Source: an uncultured bacterium (GTDB lineage Bacteria; Fidelibacterota; Marinisomatia; Marinisomatales; AB-629-J13). From it: a DNA stretch of 54,116 bases. This document shows, one piece after another, positions 1 to 10,517 of this stretch. Location of the stretch: the NCBI GenBank assembly GCA_964518835.1, contig CAZFKU010000003.1, positions 1 through 54,116 of the forward strand, written 5' to 3'. Made by a program: the position numbers and the translations under genes. Below the pieces are notes generated by a model, which made no database searches, was not told the origin of the DNA, and was given only the letters and a program-made list of their open reading frames with translations. Position 1 is the stretch's first letter. Every line of letters starts with the position of its first letter.

Positions 1-500
1 CCAGGGATTTAGGAGAAGCATTAAGAAGAATTGGTGAGGGTGCTGCTCTGATCCGAACAAAAGGAGAGGCAGGCAGCGGAAACATAGTGGAAGCAGTAAG
101 GCACATGCGCAAAGTACAATCACAGATTAAAGAATTATCCGTTATGGGTGAGGAAGAACTTATGGCAATCTCCAAATCATTAGGAGCTCCATTCAGTTTA
201 GTTCAACAAGTGGCAAAGCTGAAAAAATTACCCGTACCAAATTTTGCTGCCGGAGGAATCGCAACACCTGCTGACACATCCTTAATGATGCAGTTGGGAG
301 CAGAATCTGTATTTGTAGGTTCAGGAATTTTCATGAGTGAGGATCCTGCGTCCAGAGCCAAGGCGATCGTAGAGGCTGTCACCTATTATGATGATCCGGA
401 AAAACTTGTGGAATCGTCTTCCGACTTGAAAGCAGCCATGAAAGGATTGGAAATGTCCGAAATTCCAGAAGAAGAGCGACTCCAAAATCGGGGTTGGTAA
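1..500 (+). CDS. pdxS: Pyridoxal 5'-phosphate synthase lyase subunit PdxS, C-terminal part (5' end lies upstream of the window; frame is open from nt 3)
   Basis: Frame 3 reads [36 protein letters not shown] from nt 3. [11 protein letters not shown] and VFVGSGIF motifs are typical of PdxS/SNZ. pdxT follows directly. Confidence 0.9.
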   Translation, partial: RDLGEALRRIGEGAALIRTKGEAGSGNIVEAVRHMRKVQSQIKELSVMGEEELMAISKSLGAPFSLVQQVAKLKKLPVPNFAAGGIATPADTSLMMQLGAESVFVGSGIFMSEDPASRAKAIVEAVTYYDDPEKLVESSSDLKAAMKGLEMSEIPEEERLQNRGW

Positions 501-533
501 TTATTTTATTAAACCCAACCTAAAGACAATTAA

Positions 534-1136
534 ATGAAAATAGGGATCCTTGCTTTACAAGGAGATTTTTTAAAACATGAACACCTTTTGTTAAACCTAG
601 GGTGGGATTGTGTTCGTGTGCGATATAAAAAAGATTTTTCCTCAATAGATGGATTGATCATCCCCGGTGGCGAATCAACGACCCTTACAAAATTACTGAA
701 AGCAACCGGTCTCTTCGTTCCGCTAAAAGAATTTGCAAAAACTCATCCCATTTTGGGTACATGTGCAGGACTGATTTTGATGAGCAGGGAATCATCGGAC
801 AAAAAGGTAAGTACACTGGGATTATTGGATATCAAAATTGAAAGAAATGCTTTTGGTCGGCAAGTCCATTCATTCACTGCAAATATGGATTTGATTAAAA
901 ATGAATCCACAATTCAGGGAACATTTATTCGTGCTCCCAAAATTTCAAAATTTGGTGAAAATGTAGAAGTATTGGCAAAATTAGACGGTGAACCTGTGGC
1001 TGTCCGTCAGGGGATTCATATTGGTTTGGGATTCCATCCTGAATTAAATAATGAACCGATTTTTCATCGTTTGGCATTTTCTACACCCGTTAAAAAAACG
1101 AACCATTCAAATTTTGTGATGTCCCATGTCGCCTGA
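534..1136 (+). CDS. pdxT: Pyridoxal 5'-phosphate synthase glutaminase subunit PdxT
   Basis: 200 aa class-I glutamine amidotransferase. Motifs: MKIGILALQGDF, PGGESTT, catalytic GTCAG, FHPE. Adjacent to pdxS. Confidence 0.9.
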   Translation: MKIGILALQGDFLKHEHLLLNLGWDCVRVRYKKDFSSIDGLIIPGGESTTLTKLLKATGLFVPLKEFAKTHPILGTCAGLILMSRESSDKKVSTLGLLDIKIERNAFGRQVHSFTANMDLIKNESTIQGTFIRAPKISKFGENVEVLAKLDGEPVAVRQGIHIGLGFHPELNNEPIFHRLAFSTPVKKTNHSNFVMSHVA

Positions 1137-3048
1137 GTTATTACAACAGATTCAATCCCCTCGAGACTTAAAATCTTTATCATTAAAAGATTTACAGCAG
1201 GTAAACGACGAATTAAGGGAATACATCATTTCTACGATTACGGAAATTGGAGGTCATTTAGCACCAACCTTAGGTGTGGTAGAATTGACCACAGCATTAC
1301 ATTATGTTTTTGATACACCTCGTGATAAAATTGTTTGGGATGTCGGTCACCAAGCCTATGCTCATAAAGTCCTGACAGGGAGATATGAACAATTAAAAAC
1401 CATTAGACAATATAAAGGACTCAGTGGATTTTTAAAAATTTCTGAAAGTGAATACGATACATTTGGTGCAGGTCATGCATCAACATCAATATCAGCAGCC
1501 TTTGGAATTGCTGTTTCCCGGGATCACAATAAAAAAAACTATAAAGTTGTATCAGTAATTGGAGACGGGGCAATGACTGGCGGACTATCATTTGAAGGAT
1601 TGAATAATGCAGGATTGAGACGAAAACAATTTTTAGTCATACTCAATGATAATGAAATGTCAATTTCACCCAATGTAGGTGCATTAAATTCTTATTTTAA
1701 TCGTTTAGTAACCAATCCTCTGTACAATAGGATCCGTGATGAAATCTGGAATTTGACCGGATCGTTACCTTTAGGAAAAGATATTACCCGCAAATTCATC
1801 CGAAAATCAGAAGAAAGTCTAAAAAATATGCTGGTACCGGGTATTTTGTTTGAGGAACTGGGATTCAGATATTTTGGTCCGATTGATGGTCATAATCTGA
1901 GTGAAATGGTCCGCACCTTAAAAAATATAAGTGTCCTCAAAACACCGGCATTACTCCACGTCCTTACTAAAAAAGGGAAGGGTTTGGTTTCCATGAATGT
2001 AGAAAATCGTGAATATCATGATGATGCTGTGAAATTTCATGCCGTCAAACCCAATGGTGAGAAACCATCTAAAATTCAAAAAGAGAATCACAAACCCTCT
2101 GCCCCTGTTTTTCAGGATGTGTTTGGAAAATTGTCATGCGAAATTGCCCGAAACCGGGAAGATACAGTCTGTATCACTGCTGCAATGAAAGAGGGAACCG
2201 GTTTGGTGAAATATTCGGAAGAATTCCCGAACCGATTTTTTGATGTGGGAATTGCAGAAGCCCATTCCGTTACATTTGCTGCAGGAATGGCAACTGAAAA
2301 AGTACGCCCCATCGTTGCGATTTATTCCACATTCCTCCAACGAGCCTACGATCAAATCGTTCATGATGTAGCCATTCAGCATCTTCCAGTCATATTTTGT
2401 ATGGACAGGGCAGGTATTGCTGGGGAAGACGGCCCCACCCATCATGGCGCATTGGATATTGCTTATTTGAAGTGTATTCAAGACATGATCGTGACGGCAC
2501 CGAAGGATGGGAACGAATTCAGGCATTTACTTTACACTGCACTGGAGCAAACCGATCAACCATTTTCCATACGTTATCCAAAATCCTCCTCAATCCAATT
2601 TGATGAAAATGGCCAGGCGGAATTATTACCGATCGGAAGCTGGGAAACACTCAAAACCGGAAAAGATTTAGCACTATTAGCTGTGGGCTCCATGGTTTAC
2701 CCTGCTTTGAAGGCAGCCAGTCAACTGGAACTAGAGGATATATCATGTGAAGTGGTGAATTGTAGATTTATAAAACCTGTTGATCTGCAATGTTTACAAA
2801 ATCTCGCCAATAGATTTACTTCATTTCTGATAGTAGAAGAAGGTGTGCAAACAGGCAGTTTTGGCGAAGGAATCTCCAGTTTTCTTGCAGGACAGCCAGG
2901 TGATAAAAGAGTTCAAATCTTAAGCCTTCCAGATTCATTTGTTGACCATGGTCCAAGAGACGTTTTATTAGAGGTTAAAGGATTAACGGAAAATGGAATT
3001 ATATCGTCTGTTAAAAAAATTATGGAAAATATTCCTGTCAGTGTGTAA
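1126..3048 (+). CDS. dxs: 1-deoxy-D-xylulose-5-phosphate synthase (MEP pathway)
   Basis: 640 aa. GHQAYAHKVLTGR, GDGAMTGG thiamine-PP motif and a transketolase-like C-terminal half. Overlaps the pdxT stop by 11 nt. Confidence 0.93.
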   Translation: MSPELLQQIQSPRDLKSLSLKDLQQVNDELREYIISTITEIGGHLAPTLGVVELTTALHYVFDTPRDKIVWDVGHQAYAHKVLTGRYEQLKTIRQYKGLSGFLKISESEYDTFGAGHASTSISAAFGIAVSRDHNKKNYKVVSVIGDGAMTGGLSFEGLNNAGLRRKQFLVILNDNEMSISPNVGALNSYFNRLVTNPLYNRIRDEIWNLTGSLPLGKDITRKFIRKSEESLKNMLVPGILFEELGFRYFGPIDGHNLSEMVRTLKNISVLKTPALLHVLTKKGKGLVSMNVENREYHDDAVKFHAVKPNGEKPSKIQKENHKPSAPVFQDVFGKLSCEIARNREDTVCITAAMKEGTGLVKYSEEFPNRFFDVGIAEAHSVTFAAGMATEKVRPIVAIYSTFLQRAYDQIVHDVAIQHLPVIFCMDRAGIAGEDGPTHHGALDIAYLKCIQDMIVTAPKDGNEFRHLLYTALEQTDQPFSIRYPKSSSIQFDENGQAELLPIGSWETLKTGKDLALLAVGSMVYPALKAASQLELEDISCEVVNCRFIKPVDLQCLQNLANRFTSFLIVEEGVQTGSFGEGISSFLAGQPGDKRVQILSLPDSFVDHGPRDVLLEVKGLTENGIISSVKKIMENIPVSV

Positions 3049-4778
3049 TGAACTCAGCAGTTTTGGCTTTGATCGGGTTGATTTGTTTCGGTCTGGGCTA
3101 TAAATATTATTCCCGATTCATAGGAAAAAAAATATATGGTTTGAATCGCACCGATTCACCAACACCTGCCCACCTTTATAAAGATGGGTTAGATTTTGTT
3201 CCCACAGGCAAACATATTTTATTTGGCCACCATTTTACATCAATTGCAGGGGCAGCGCCAATTGTAGGTCCCTGTATTGCCGCTTTTTGGGGGTGGCTCC
3301 CAGCATTTTTGTGGGTTGTTATAGGCACAATATTTATGGGAGCTGTTCATGATTTTGGTGCCTTGGTAATTAGCATTCGGGAAAAAGGGCGATCTATTCC
3401 AAGGATCGCTGAGAAGGTTATTAATCAGAGATCCAAAATGATGTTTCTTTTTTTTGTTCTCATGCTAACCTGGCTTGTATTAGCGGTATTTTCCATGGTC
3501 ATTGCTAATCTGTTTGTTTCAATTCCTGCTGCAGTACTTCCCATTAATATTGAAATTTTAATTGCATTGGTAATCGGATGGCTTATTTATAAAAAAAAAT
3601 ACAATTCATTTGTCTTATCCTTAATTGCACTGGGAGTTCTATATGGATTTGTATGGGTAGGCACACAGTATCCCCTGTCGTTTGAAAATGTTGGATTATC
3701 CACGGTTGACCAGACCAATCTTTGGATCATCCTATTACTTGTGTATGCCGGTATTGCAAGTTTATTACCGGTGTGGTTATTGCTGCAACCTCGTGATTTT
3801 ATTAACAGTCATCAGCTCATAGTCGGTTTATTAATGATTTACACCGGGCTTTTTATTGCACGACCAATAATTGAAGCTCCGGCGTTCCGGTTGACTGCAC
3901 CGGATGCACCCCCACTTTTTCCGTTTTTGTTTGTCACAATTGCCTGTGGTGCGATCAGTGGATTCCACGGGTTGGTTTCATCGGGAACGACTTCCAAACA
4001 ATTGGACAAAGTTGAAGACAGCAGGTATATCGGATATGGTGGTATGTTGGGTGAGGGAACCTTGGCTTTGGCTTCCACATTGGCTGCCGTAGCAGGAATA
4101 GCACTTGTCACAAATTGTGATCTTCCATCAATTGGTCATGTGGATAAATTGAGTTGGGACTTGTACTATGACAGTTGGTCCCATGCCGCCGCCAATAAAG
4201 CTAAAGCTTTTGTACTGGGAGGAGGAGCATTTATCCAGCAATTGGGATTTTCATGGGGGTTTGCAAATACAGTTATGGCGGTGTTGGTAATTTCTTTTGC
4301 AGCAACAACATTGGATACAGCTACCCGGATTCAACGATTTATCATTTCGGAGATCTCCGCAGAATTGTCATTCCCGTTTTTTCAAAAAAGAATTCCTGCG
4401 ACTATATTATCCATCATTCCCGCAATGCTTTTAGCAATGTGGACGGTATCAGATCCAATCACAGGAAATCCCACACAGGCAGGATGGGTATTATGGCCGA
4501 TTTTTGGCGCTAGTAATCAAATGCTGGCTGCATTAACACTTTTAATTATTTGCCTTTATTTTTTTGCTGAAAGAAAACCTATATTACCCTTATTGATTCC
4601 CTTTGGATTTATAACAATCATCACCTTGATGACCTTATTTTTAAAGGCAGGATCATTTTTTCAAAACAACATGATTTTGTTCTTTGTTGATATTATATTA
4701 ATTGGATTGATACTCTGGATGCTGGTAGAAGGAATTCAAGCATTCAGAAAACAAAGAACGGGTTTACAAATGGAATAA
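3048..4778 (+). CDS. cstA: Carbon starvation protein A family transporter (peptide/pyruvate uptake)
   Basis: 576-aa polytopic membrane protein. The N-terminal GYKYYSRF and HHFTSIAGAAPIVGP motifs are characteristic of CstA. TAATG overlap with dxs. Confidence 0.85.
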   Translation: MNSAVLALIGLICFGLGYKYYSRFIGKKIYGLNRTDSPTPAHLYKDGLDFVPTGKHILFGHHFTSIAGAAPIVGPCIAAFWGWLPAFLWVVIGTIFMGAVHDFGALVISIREKGRSIPRIAEKVINQRSKMMFLFFVLMLTWLVLAVFSMVIANLFVSIPAAVLPINIEILIALVIGWLIYKKKYNSFVLSLIALGVLYGFVWVGTQYPLSFENVGLSTVDQTNLWIILLLVYAGIASLLPVWLLLQPRDFINSHQLIVGLLMIYTGLFIARPIIEAPAFRLTAPDAPPLFPFLFVTIACGAISGFHGLVSSGTTSKQLDKVEDSRYIGYGGMLGEGTLALASTLAAVAGIALVTNCDLPSIGHVDKLSWDLYYDSWSHAAANKAKAFVLGGGAFIQQLGFSWGFANTVMAVLVISFAATTLDTATRIQRFIISEISAELSFPFFQKRIPATILSIIPAMLLAMWTVSDPITGNPTQAGWVLWPIFGASNQMLAALTLLIICLYFFAERKPILPLLIPFGFITIITLMTLFLKAGSFFQNNMILFFVDIILIGLILWMLVEGIQAFRKQRTGLQME

Positions 4779-4781
4779 TTT

Positions 4782-6440
4782 ATGAGTGAACAATTAAATC
4801 TTTTTCAAAATGCAAAAGAAAAATGGAAATCGGCAGCTCAGTCATCTAAGAACCGATCCTATAATTTTGATACAGTTAGCGGTGAGTCGGTAAACCTTCT
4901 GTATTATCCGGAAGATAATGAAAATGAATATTTGAATAATCTTGGATTTCCGGGGCAATACCCATTTACCCGGGGAATTCACCCAAATCTCTATAGGGGA
5001 AAACTCTGGACTATGAGACAATTTTCCGGTTTCGGAACACCAGAGGAAACAAATCAAAGGTATCTTTTGTTATTGTATCAAGGGCAGACAGGATTGTCCG
5101 TTGCCTATGATATGCCTACGTTAATGGGATACGATCCGGATGATCCCATGTCTGAAGGGGAAGTAGGGAAATGCGGAGTCAATGTGGCATCACTCCCGGA
5201 CATGGAACGATTGTTCGAAGGAATTGATTTGGGCAATATTTCCGTTTCTCAAACTATAAACGGTCCTGCTGTCATTTTATTAGCCTTTTACATTGCTGCT
5301 GCTGAAAATCAAGGTGTTGATCTGGATCAATTAAAGGGGACACTCCAGAATGATATTTTAAAAGAATTCATCGCCCAGAAAGAGTGGATTTTCCCTCCGA
5401 AACCCTCCATGCGAATCATAACGGATATGATCCAGTATTGTACAGAATATTTGCCAAAATATAATACAATCTCAATCAGCGGATATCATATTCGGGAAGC
5501 CGGTTCAACTGCAGCTCAGGAGTTGGCTTTTACCTTGGCCGATGGATTCACTTATGTGGATCATGCGGTGAAAGCAGGAATGAATGTAGATGATTTTGCA
5601 CCGAGACTTTCCTTCTTTTTTAATTCTCATCTGGATTTTTTTGAGGAGATCGCTAAATATAGAGCAGCAAGGAGAATTTGGGCAAGGAACATGAAAAACA
5701 AGTATAATGCCCAAAACCCGAGATCATGGAAACTGAGGTTCCACACTCAAACTGCAGGATGCTCCCTCACAGCTCAACAACCTGAAATAAATATTGCCAG
5801 GACCGGATTTCAGGCTATGGCGGCAGTGCTGGGCGGAACCCAATCCCTCCATACTAATTCCATGGATGAAACCCTGGCATTACCCACAGAAAAAGCCGCT
5901 CAGATCGCCTTGCGGACCCAGCAGTTAATCGCTTTTGAAACCGGACTCTCCAATGTAGTTGATCCTTTAGGAGGTTCCTGGTATCTGGAATCCTTAACGG
6001 ATACATTGGAAAAGGAAGCTGAAAAATATTTCACAAAGATTGAAGAACTAGGAGGGGTCATACCAGCAATTGAGGATGGGTATTTTCAACGTGAAATTGC
6101 CAAAGCAGCTTCAGATTATCAACGAAAAATTGATTCAAATGAAAGAATTGTTGTGGGTGTTAATGATTTTATTAATGAAGATGAGACAATTGATATTCCC
6201 ATACTCACCATGAGTGAAGAAACTCAACACCAACAATCCCAACATCTGAAAAAAATACGGCAGGAACGGGATCAGGATGCATTTCAAAAGTCATTAATAA
6301 AAATCACTGAGACGTGTAAAAATGGGGATAATCTTATGCCTCCGCTCATCCAGGCGGCAAAGTCTCTGGCAACTTTGGGAGAAATAGTTCAGGCGATGAA
6401 ACCTGTATTCGGTGAATGGCAGGAAGGATCTGTCTTTTAA
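4782..6440 (+). CDS. Adenosylcobalamin-dependent acyl-CoA mutase, large catalytic (TIM-barrel) subunit only. Specificity residues look isobutyryl-CoA-mutase-like rather than methylmalonyl-CoA-mutase-like.
   Basis: 552 aa. [67 protein letters not shown]. No C-terminal B12-binding domain (no DxHxxG region). Confidence 0.85.
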   Translation: MSEQLNLFQNAKEKWKSAAQSSKNRSYNFDTVSGESVNLLYYPEDNENEYLNNLGFPGQYPFTRGIHPNLYRGKLWTMRQFSGFGTPEETNQRYLLLLYQGQTGLSVAYDMPTLMGYDPDDPMSEGEVGKCGVNVASLPDMERLFEGIDLGNISVSQTINGPAVILLAFYIAAAENQGVDLDQLKGTLQNDILKEFIAQKEWIFPPKPSMRIITDMIQYCTEYLPKYNTISISGYHIREAGSTAAQELAFTLADGFTYVDHAVKAGMNVDDFAPRLSFFFNSHLDFFEEIAKYRAARRIWARNMKNKYNAQNPRSWKLRFHTQTAGCSLTAQQPEINIARTGFQAMAAVLGGTQSLHTNSMDETLALPTEKAAQIALRTQQLIAFETGLSNVVDPLGGSWYLESLTDTLEKEAEKYFTKIEELGGVIPAIEDGYFQREIAKAASDYQRKIDSNERIVVGVNDFINEDETIDIPILTMSEETQHQQSQHLKKIRQERDQDAFQKSLIKITETCKNGDNLMPPLIQAAKSLATLGEIVQAMKPVFGEWQEGSVF

Positions 6441-6459
6441 TAAAATTTAGTGGAATAAA

Positions 6460-6894
6460 ATGCCCTCAGGAAAAAGAAAATTTAGTATAGTCATTTTTGG
6501 AATCTCTTGCGTCATCTTATTTTGGGTGTATTGGGTTTCATCTGGAAAAATTGGGAATCAATCCGGATTAATTCAATTCCTTTCCATCGCAGAATTAACC
6601 ACACATCCTGTGAGTGAAAAAATCAAACTAGGCGGGTTGGTGAAAGAAGGTTCAATCCAAATTTCAGAAGAAAATAAACTAAACGTTGAATTCCATTTGA
6701 AAGAGGGAGAAAATAATTTGCCTGTTCATTACAGCGGTATCCGTCCTGACTTATTCAAGGATGAAGCGGAGGTGATTGTTACCGGAAATTATATTAACGG
6801 AGTTTTTCGTGCTGAGAATCTTCAGACTAAATGTGCTTCCCGCTATGAGGGAGATTTGAGGACAGAAAGGTCTTATAATTTAAAAGAATTATGA
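6460..6894 (+). CDS. ccmE: Cytochrome c maturation heme chaperone CcmE, CxxxY variant
   Basis: 144 aa. N-terminal membrane anchor, OB-fold-like body (KLGGLVKEGS, VTGNY). The C-terminal heme-binding motif is C-A-S-R-Y (nt 6832..6846) where HxxxY is expected. Directly upstream of ccmF. Confidence 0.8.
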   Translation: MPSGKRKFSIVIFGISCVILFWVYWVSSGKIGNQSGLIQFLSIAELTTHPVSEKIKLGGLVKEGSIQISEENKLNVEFHLKEGENNLPVHYSGIRPDLFKDEAEVIVTGNYINGVFRAENLQTKCASRYEGDLRTERSYNLKEL

Positions 6895-8855
6895 CGCCAG
6901 TTGTAGGCAGTACTGCCCTAAATCTTGCTTTTGGATTTTGTATTTTATCTACAGTCCTATTATTTATTTCAATAAAAACGAAAGATAATCTCCTTTACCA
7001 TTCCGGAAGGAATATGGTGATGATTGTTAACGTTTTAAGTTTATTTGCCACTTTAATTCTTGTTCGGCTACTGATAATCAGCGATTTAAATGTGGACTAT
7101 GTGGCTCATTATACATCGATAGAAACACCATTTTTTTATAAAATTACAGCATTGTGGGCAGGACAATCTGGTTCCCTTCTATTTTGGCAGGCTGTATTAT
7201 CTTTTTACTGTCTTTTTGTGGTATTCCAAAATAAATCCAAACATGGTCATTTTATGCCATGGGTATTTATTATCCTAAATATTGTACAGTTATTTTTTCT
7301 TTTGCTCACCAATTTTATCACAAATCCATTCAAACCAACAGAAACTGATTTTATATTGGTCAATGGACTTGGGTTAAATCCTCTCCTCCAAAATGTCACC
7401 ATGGCAATTCACCCTCCAACGCTTTATCTGGGATTTGTGGGCTTTACCGTCCCCTTCGCATTTGTTTTTGCAGGATTATTACAGGGTAATTCAAATGCTT
7501 TACTATTGAAAACTATTAGGAGATGGACACATGTTGCCTGGTTTTTTCTAAGCTGCGGAATCATTTTGGGAGGCTGGTGGGCGTACCAGGAGTTAGGCTG
7601 GGGTGGGTATTGGGCTTGGGATCCTGTTGAAAATGCTTCGTTCATGCCCTGGCTTACAGGGACAGCCTTTATCCATTCCATCATGATCCAGGAAAAGAAA
7701 AATATGCTACAAGTCTGGAATGTGACTCTGATAACCCTTACATTTACGTTAACCATTTTCGGAACGTTTCTTACTCGAAGCGGGGTCATGTCTTCTGTCC
7801 ATTCATTCACGGCATCTTCCTTGGGACCGATATTCTTAGGTTTTGTAGTGATAATTCTGGCAGTGTCCATAATTTTAATAATTTATCGACTTCCACACCT
7901 AAAAACGCAACGACGATTGGAGTCATTCTCATCAAGGGAAAGTGGCTTTTTATTCAACAATGTCATTTTTGTGGTATTATGTTTTACCGTATTCTGGGGC
8001 ACGATATTCCCGGTACTGTCTGAAGCAGTGAACGGGACAAAAATTACTGTTGGCCCTCCATTTTACAATCAGGTTAATACACCGATTGGACTCATTTTAT
8101 TAGGGTTAACGGGAATTGGTCCTCTCCTTGCCTGGAGGAAAACTTCCTTAACAAACATGAAAAAGAATTTTTCTCTCCCCCTTCTTATGCTGTTTTTTTC
8201 TGTTCCTGTGTTCTGGTTATATGATCTCAGAAATTATGTGTTGATAACCCTCAGCTTATCTGTTTTTGTCATTTCTGCCATAATGGAGGAATTCGTTCAG
8301 GGAATTCGGATTAGAAGAAGAAAAACTGGTGATTCCATTTTATTATCTCTTCAAAAAATGATATCTATGAATCGCAGTAGATACGGAGGATATATCGTCC
8401 ATTTAGGGATTGTGTGTATGTTCATCGGATTCACCGGACTGGCGTTTAATCAGGAAAAAGAATTTGGAATTTCCCTGGGACAAAGTGAAGTATTAGGAGG
8501 ATACCGTTTTGAATTAAAACAGATTGAACCATCTGAACGACCCAATCATTTTGCCTGGATTGCAGACATCAGGGTTACCGATATCCACGGTGAGTATTTA
8601 ACCACTCTTCATCCGGAAAAACGAATATATTTTCATCGGTCTCCTGATGAAAACAGACGTCAACCCCATAGTGAATTGGATATTTTCAGTCTTTTAAACA
8701 AAGATATTTATTCGGTTTTTAATGCTGTGGATGAATCTTCAAATACGGCATATTTAAAAATAATGATTAATCCGCTGGTACGCTGGGTTTGGATTGGTGG
8801 AATTGTTTTGGCAATCGGTGCCTTAGTAGCATTTAAACCAAAGAGGAGCAAGTGA
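6891..8855 (+). CDS. ccmF: Cytochrome c-type biogenesis heme lyase/heme-handling protein CcmF
   Basis: 654-aa polytopic membrane protein with the W-rich WGGYWAWDPVEN motif (about nt 7598..7633). ATGA overlap with ccmE. Confidence 0.9.
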   Translation: MTPVVGSTALNLAFGFCILSTVLLFISIKTKDNLLYHSGRNMVMIVNVLSLFATLILVRLLIISDLNVDYVAHYTSIETPFFYKITALWAGQSGSLLFWQAVLSFYCLFVVFQNKSKHGHFMPWVFIILNIVQLFFLLLTNFITNPFKPTETDFILVNGLGLNPLLQNVTMAIHPPTLYLGFVGFTVPFAFVFAGLLQGNSNALLLKTIRRWTHVAWFFLSCGIILGGWWAYQELGWGGYWAWDPVENASFMPWLTGTAFIHSIMIQEKKNMLQVWNVTLITLTFTLTIFGTFLTRSGVMSSVHSFTASSLGPIFLGFVVIILAVSIILIIYRLPHLKTQRRLESFSSRESGFLFNNVIFVVLCFTVFWGTIFPVLSEAVNGTKITVGPPFYNQVNTPIGLILLGLTGIGPLLAWRKTSLTNMKKNFSLPLLMLFFSVPVFWLYDLRNYVLITLSLSVFVISAIMEEFVQGIRIRRRKTGDSILLSLQKMISMNRSRYGGYIVHLGIVCMFIGFTGLAFNQEKEFGISLGQSEVLGGYRFELKQIEPSERPNHFAWIADIRVTDIHGEYLTTLHPEKRIYFHRSPDENRRQPHSELDIFSLLNKDIYSVFNAVDESSNTAYLKIMINPLVRWVWIGGIVLAIGALVAFKPKRSK

Positions 8856-9121
8856 TTTTGGATATAGTTTTCGTAATGCTTATGTTCATCGGTTCTACAA
8901 TTTTTGCGATTCATCCCTTAATATCTTACGATTTGGAGAAGAATACAGACCTTGATGATAAACAATCTCTTCTGCGAGAAAAGTCAATACTTTACAAGCA
9001 GATAAAGGAATTGGAAATGGATTATGATCTGGGAAATATTTCAAAAGAAGATTTTGAGAAAACCAGATTAAAATTAAAAAAAGAAGTATCCCAAATCTTT
9101 GAAAAATTATCACAGGATTAA
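8852..9121 (+). CDS. Small membrane-anchored coiled-coil protein inside the ccm cluster; possible CcmI N-terminal-module-like protein
   Basis: 89 aa with a GTG start overlapping the ccmF stop. One N-terminal TM helix (ILDIVFVMLMFIGSTIFAI), then a charged helix (LREKSILYKQIKELEMDYDLGNISKEDFEKTRLKLKKE) that resembles the CcmI/CycH N-terminal region. Confidence 0.5.
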   Translation: MILDIVFVMLMFIGSTIFAIHPLISYDLEKNTDLDDKQSLLREKSILYKQIKELEMDYDLGNISKEDFEKTRLKLKKEVSQIFEKLSQD

Positions 9122-9135
9122 AATTTTCCTCGATT

Positions 9136-9849
9136 ATGTTGACCGTTAAAACCCTCTCAAAATTTTATTATCATAAACCGGTATTAGAAAACATTTCTTT
9201 CCATATTCAAAAAGGGGATATCGTTGCGGTTATGGGAAAGAACGGTGCAGGGAAAACCACACTGCTGAAAACATTAACCGGTTTGGTTCTTCCAAATGGA
9301 GGGAAAGTAAAATTTAATTCCGTTGAATTGAGTGTAAATAATCCTTCCTCCAGAAAAGATTTTTTTTATCTTGGGCATGAACCGGGTTTCTATTCTGTAT
9401 ATACCTGTTTTGAAAATCTATCATTGTGTACCTCTTTGTATGGATTACAAACATCCAGTTCAATTATCGAGGACGTTATTGAAAAAGTCGGATTGAGAAG
9501 TGTGAAATTCAAACCCATTCGGTTTTTTTCTCAAGGGATGCTTCAGAGATTGAAGATTGCTGCAGCTGAATTGATCCCATGGAAAATACTCCTTTTTGAT
9601 GAACCCTTTAACGGATTGGATGAAAAGGGAATTTGCATGGTGGAAAAACGGATTGAAAACTGGAAAGAACGAGGGAAATCAATGGTTTTCGTATGTCACT
9701 CCGTTGACTGGGTTTTAAAATCATGCAGTCGAGTGATTCTGCTGGACGAACATCAGGTTGTTCTGGATGAACCCACATCTGATGAAATTAAAATCCCGAT
9801 TCAAAATGTTTTAAGTGGAAATAGTTCCGTTGACGAAATAAAGAATTAA
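9136..9849 (+). CDS. ccmA: Heme exporter ABC ATPase CcmA
   Basis: 237 aa. Walker A GKNGAGKTT, degenerate signature FSQGMLQRL, Walker B LLFDEP. Position ahead of ccmB and ccmC. Confidence 0.85.
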   Translation: MLTVKTLSKFYYHKPVLENISFHIQKGDIVAVMGKNGAGKTTLLKTLTGLVLPNGGKVKFNSVELSVNNPSSRKDFFYLGHEPGFYSVYTCFENLSLCTSLYGLQTSSSIIEDVIEKVGLRSVKFKPIRFFSQGMLQRLKIAAAELIPWKILLFDEPFNGLDEKGICMVEKRIENWKERGKSMVFVCHSVDWVLKSCSRVILLDEHQVVLDEPTSDEIKIPIQNVLSGNSSVDEIKN

Positions 9850-10517
9850 TGATGTTGTTTAATACCCTTTTGTGTCATGAATTCAAAATAAATTTCCGTA
9901 CAAAGGAGGCATTTTTCTCCATGCTTTCCTTCGGAATGATAATGATCGTTACTTTTGCATTTTCATTAAATATTTCTGAAGAACAAATTGTGTCCATTAT
10001 TCCAGGTTTTTTTTGGATGACCGTTTTGTTTGTGTCCGTTTTGGGAATAAATCGCATGTTTTTCCATGAACTGACCTTTAATGCCATATCTTTATTGTCT
10101 TCTGCGCCTGTGGACAGAGGCCTGATTTTTTTTACTAAGACAATCATCGGATTGGTTTATCTGAGTATTATTGAGAGTGTTTTGATCATTCTAATTTGGT
10201 TTTTATTTCATGTATCATTCTTTAACCTACCTGTTCTTTCTTTTGGTTTATTAATTCTGGGGAACCTAAGTATTCTGGTAACGGGAGTGTTTATCTCTGG
10301 CCTTACCCTCAGTTCAAGAATGAGTAATGTATTGGTACCTTTACTGATGTTTCCTCTCCTATCTCCGGTTATCATTTCACTGACAAAAGCGACCCAAGGG
10401 TTACTTCAGGGATTACCTATCACGGAGTGGGAAATTTGGATTTTAATCATATCCACTTATTGTGTGGTTTTCGCACTTTTAGGATATGGATTGTTTGATT
10501 ATCTTATGGAGGAATGA
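9849..10517 (+). CDS. ccmB: Heme exporter permease CcmB
   Basis: 222 aa with about 6 TM segments. TAATG overlap with ccmA and ATGA overlap with ccmC. Position is conserved in ccmABC. Confidence 0.8.
   Translation: MMLFNTLLCHEFKINFRTKEAFFSMLSFGMIMIVTFAFSLNISEEQIVSIIPGFFWMTVLFVSVLGINRMFFHELTFNAISLLSSAPVDRGLIFFTKTIIGLVYLSIIESVLIILIWFLFHVSFFNLPVLSFGLLILGNLSILVTGVFISGLTLSSRMSNVLVPLLMFPLLSPVIISLTKATQGLLQGLPITEWEIWILIISTYCVVFALLGYGLFDYLMEE

Noticed and set aside
3591-3599. A9 homopolymer runs inside cstA (3591..3599) and the second lolC/E gene (29759..29767) as potential slipped-strand phase-variation switches.
   Set aside because: They encode Lys-Lys-Lys in frame in an AT-rich genome, where such runs are expected. 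The genes are intact, and nothing suggests contingency-locus behaviour.
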